The notes under the pieces were generated by a model that was not told where the DNA came from, made no database searches, and saw nothing but the letters and a program-made list of their open reading frames with translations. The position numbers were made by a program, and so were the translations under genes. From Mobula hypostoma (taxonomy: Eukaryota), in the NCBI RefSeq assembly GCF_963921235.1, contig NC_086101.1, positions 8,992,001 through 9,056,000 of the forward strand: a stretch of DNA of 64,000 nt, read 5' to 3'. Of this stretch, positions 61,441 through 64,000 are shown piece after piece. Position 1 is the stretch's first letter, and the number at the start of each line of letters is the position of its first letter.

Positions 61441-61992
61441 GAAGCTTACCCACAGAAATGCCTCTTTTAACGGTGAAACCTCCTTTGAGCCAAAGCCTGA
61501 CACTCCTACTCTCACCACTGACCTAATCCCAACAATGGTAGCCCCGACAATGGCCGCTCCACTTGTCCCTTCTCTACTTTTAAACAAGTGTCGCAAACCT
61601 GCTGGAAACCTCCTCACTGTGGCCTGCTCATGCCTCTAATCGGGTCGTCGGAATTGAAGTTAATTCCGGCACCAACTCCACCTGTTGGGAAGCATCACTG
61701 TCACATGGTCAGCTGGAGATGTCAAATCCCTGAACAGACTGACACAGGGACAACATACAACCAATACACGGCACTGTTATGTGAACCACTGCATCCTGAT
61801 CCCATTCACACTGGACAAATACGCCAATGCATGAGTTTGAATCCCAACACAGTAGCTCTGGAATTAACATTCAATGAATGACATTAAAGGGGATAAAATC
61901 TGGTATCACTGTGGTGACAGGGATTGTCAGAAAAATACACCAGTCCTTCGAGCCACTCACCGTGTCTGACCTGTCCGTGACCGCAGTCTGAT

Positions 61993-62016
61993 TGACTCAA
62001 CTCTGCCCCCTGCTGG
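61993..62016 (-). promoter_or_regulatory. CTCF-like core plus AP-1 site in TRIM-B intron 5
   Basis: Reverse complement of CCAGCAGGGGGCAG at 62003-62016; TGACTCA at 61993-61999. Confidence 0.5.
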
Positions 62017-62240
62017 ACTCGCGAGTCTCACTGTTGTTATCAAACCAGCACATTGAAGCATCGTCAGACTGAGCCCGGACACACCGATCAGCATTGACCT
62101 CGGTGAATGATGGGAGAAGATCATGTAACCAGCCTGGCAAATCTCCCTCATGTAACCAGCCTGGCAAATCTCCCTCACACACATGCACAAGCACGATTGA
62201 TAGATTGTAGTCAGAGCCTCAGCATTACACATTGTCAGTT

Positions 62241-62269
62241 ACACACACACACACACACACTCTCTATCG

Positions 62270-62300
<31 letters not shown>

Positions 62301-62373
62301 ACTCTCTATCTCTCACACACACTCACACACATATATACACACACACACACTCTCTATCTCTCACACACACTCA

Positions 62374-62418
<45 letters not shown>
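62241..62418. repeat. Compound (CA)n/(CT)n microsatellite
   Basis: Runs of ACAC interrupted by TCTCTATC. Confidence 0.95.
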
Positions 62419-62422
<4 letters not shown>

Positions 62423-62794
62423 ACCCACCCAACAACAACAGTGATAAATACCCAGACACACCAGCAGACTGGGACACATCGTCAGAGACACAGACACAAA
62501 TTTACATTTAAGAATGAAATCTGCCACCTTTATCCAATCTGCCTGTTTTTGTGGGACTGAACTGCCCTCTGAACTGACGTCACACCAACAGTTCACAGAC
62601 AGACTCCAGGGTGAGATTCCTCAGGAGGATGATCTGGGAAGGGGTTTGGTAGATGTTGAACCCATGGCCCAACTCATCCATCCGGGCTAAGATGTCTTCT
62701 TGAGTAAGCCCCATTTCTGTGTGTTTGTCCCATATCCCTCTAACCATTTCCTATCTGTGTACCTGTCTAAATTTATTTTAAAATATTTTAATTA

Positions 62795-63640
62795 AACCAT
62801 AGACCATAAGACTAAGATATAGGAGCAGAATTAGGCCATTTTGCCCATTGAGTGTGCTCTGCCATTTCATCGTAGCTGATCCAATTTTCCTCTCGGCCCA
62901 GATCTCCTGCCATCTCCCCACATCCCTTCATGCCCTGACCAGTCAAGAATCTATCAACCTCTGCCTTAAATATACATAAAGACTTGACATCCACCTCAGC
63001 TTGTGGCAAAGAATTCCTCAGATTCACCACTCTCTGACTACAGAAATTCCTCCACATTTCCGTCCTAAAAGAATGCTTCCCCATTTTGAGACTGTGTCCT
63101 CTGGTCTTAGACTCTCCCACCACAGGAAACATCCTCTCCATATCCACTCTATCAAATCCTTTCAATGATAGATTTCAATGAGATCACCCCTCATTCTTCT
63201 GAATTCCAGTGAATACAGGCCCAGAGCCATCAAACGCCGCTCATATGACAAGCCATTCAACACTGGAATCATTTTCATAAATCTCGTTTGAACCCTGTCC
63301 AGTTTCAGCTCATCCTTTCTGAGATAAAGGGCCCAAACCTGCTCACAATACTCCAGGTGAGGCCTGACCAGTCCCTTATAAAGTTTCAACATTACATCCT
63401 TGCTTTTATGTTCTAGTCTTCTTGAAATGAATCCTAACATCAGATTTCCCTTCCTCACCACAGACTCAATCTGCAAATTAAAATTTACGGAATGCTGCAC
63501 AAGGTCTCCCAACTCACTTTGCCCCTCAGTTTTTTTATATTTTCTCTCCATTTAGAAAATAGTTATGACTTATGTTTTTTTCACCAAAGCGCACGACCAT
63601 ACACTTACCGACACTGTATTCCATCTGCCATTTCTTTGCC
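62795..63640 (-). mobile_element. CR1 3' fragment
   Basis: LVRPHLEYCEQVW, FRRMRGDLIE; tail (TATGGTC)-like. Confidence 0.8.
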
Positions 63641-64000
63641 TGAAGAGAGATTTCCAGGAGTTAAGAAGGAAGCTGAGAAGCAGGACCTCCAGGGTAGTAA
63701 TCTCGGGATTGCTACCTGTGACACGTACTAGTGAGGGCAAGAATAGTAGGATCAGGCAGATGAATGTATGGCTAAGAGACTGGTGCAGAGGGCAGGGCTT
63801 CAGATTCTTGGATAATTGGGTCTCTTCTGGGGGAAGAATGACCTGTTCAAAAAGGACAGATTACACCTGAACCCGAAGGGGACCAATATCCTGGTGGGAA
63901 AGTTTAATGGAGCTGTTAGGGAGGGTTTAAACTAATTTGGCAGGGGGATGGGAACCGGAATGACAGAGCAGAGGAAGGGGAAATCTAAGATAGTGAGCAG
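63641..64000 (+). mobile_element. CR1 ORF1 esterase fragment running off the window
   Basis: LKRDFQELRRKLRSRTSRVVISGLLPV...WLRDWCRGQGFRFLDNW. Confidence 0.75.

Noticed and set aside
62107..62596. His/Thr-rich and Cys/Val-rich ORFs
   Set aside because: They are translations of the (CA)n microsatellite.

Overview
This is repeat-dense vertebrate genomic DNA. The CR1, Penelope and V-SINE families suggest a cartilaginous fish, probably a ray (inference). It holds two paralogous RING/B-box/coiled-coil TRIM genes in divergent orientation. TRIM-A (minus, 14764->3528) has 6 coding exons giving an open 471-aa frame with a PRY-SPRY/B30.2 domain, but one RING zinc-ligand Cys is replaced by Tyr. TRIM-B (plus, from 39533) has exons 1-5 in the window, and its PRY-SPRY exon is not seen. 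Both genes share an IRF/ISRE-type plus ETS motif just upstream of the ATG and an intronic CTCF/AP-1-like block. The rest is mostly nested retroelements: CR1 LINEs of several families, Penelope-like elements with minimal hammerhead motifs, L1/RTE/Rex relics, a hAT fragment, and a V-SINE whose interior expanded into an 18 x ~61-bp minisatellite. The most striking object is a ~5-kb Tx1-clade (Keno-like) retrotransposon at 42805-47835 (minus). Its 5' end is exactly U2 snRNA nt 1-52, but it sits inside a CR1 in TRIM-B intron 3 rather than in a U2 gene, so the TRIM-B pre-mRNA carries a 40-nt perfect antisense to U2. TE boundaries are approximate unless a junction is quoted.
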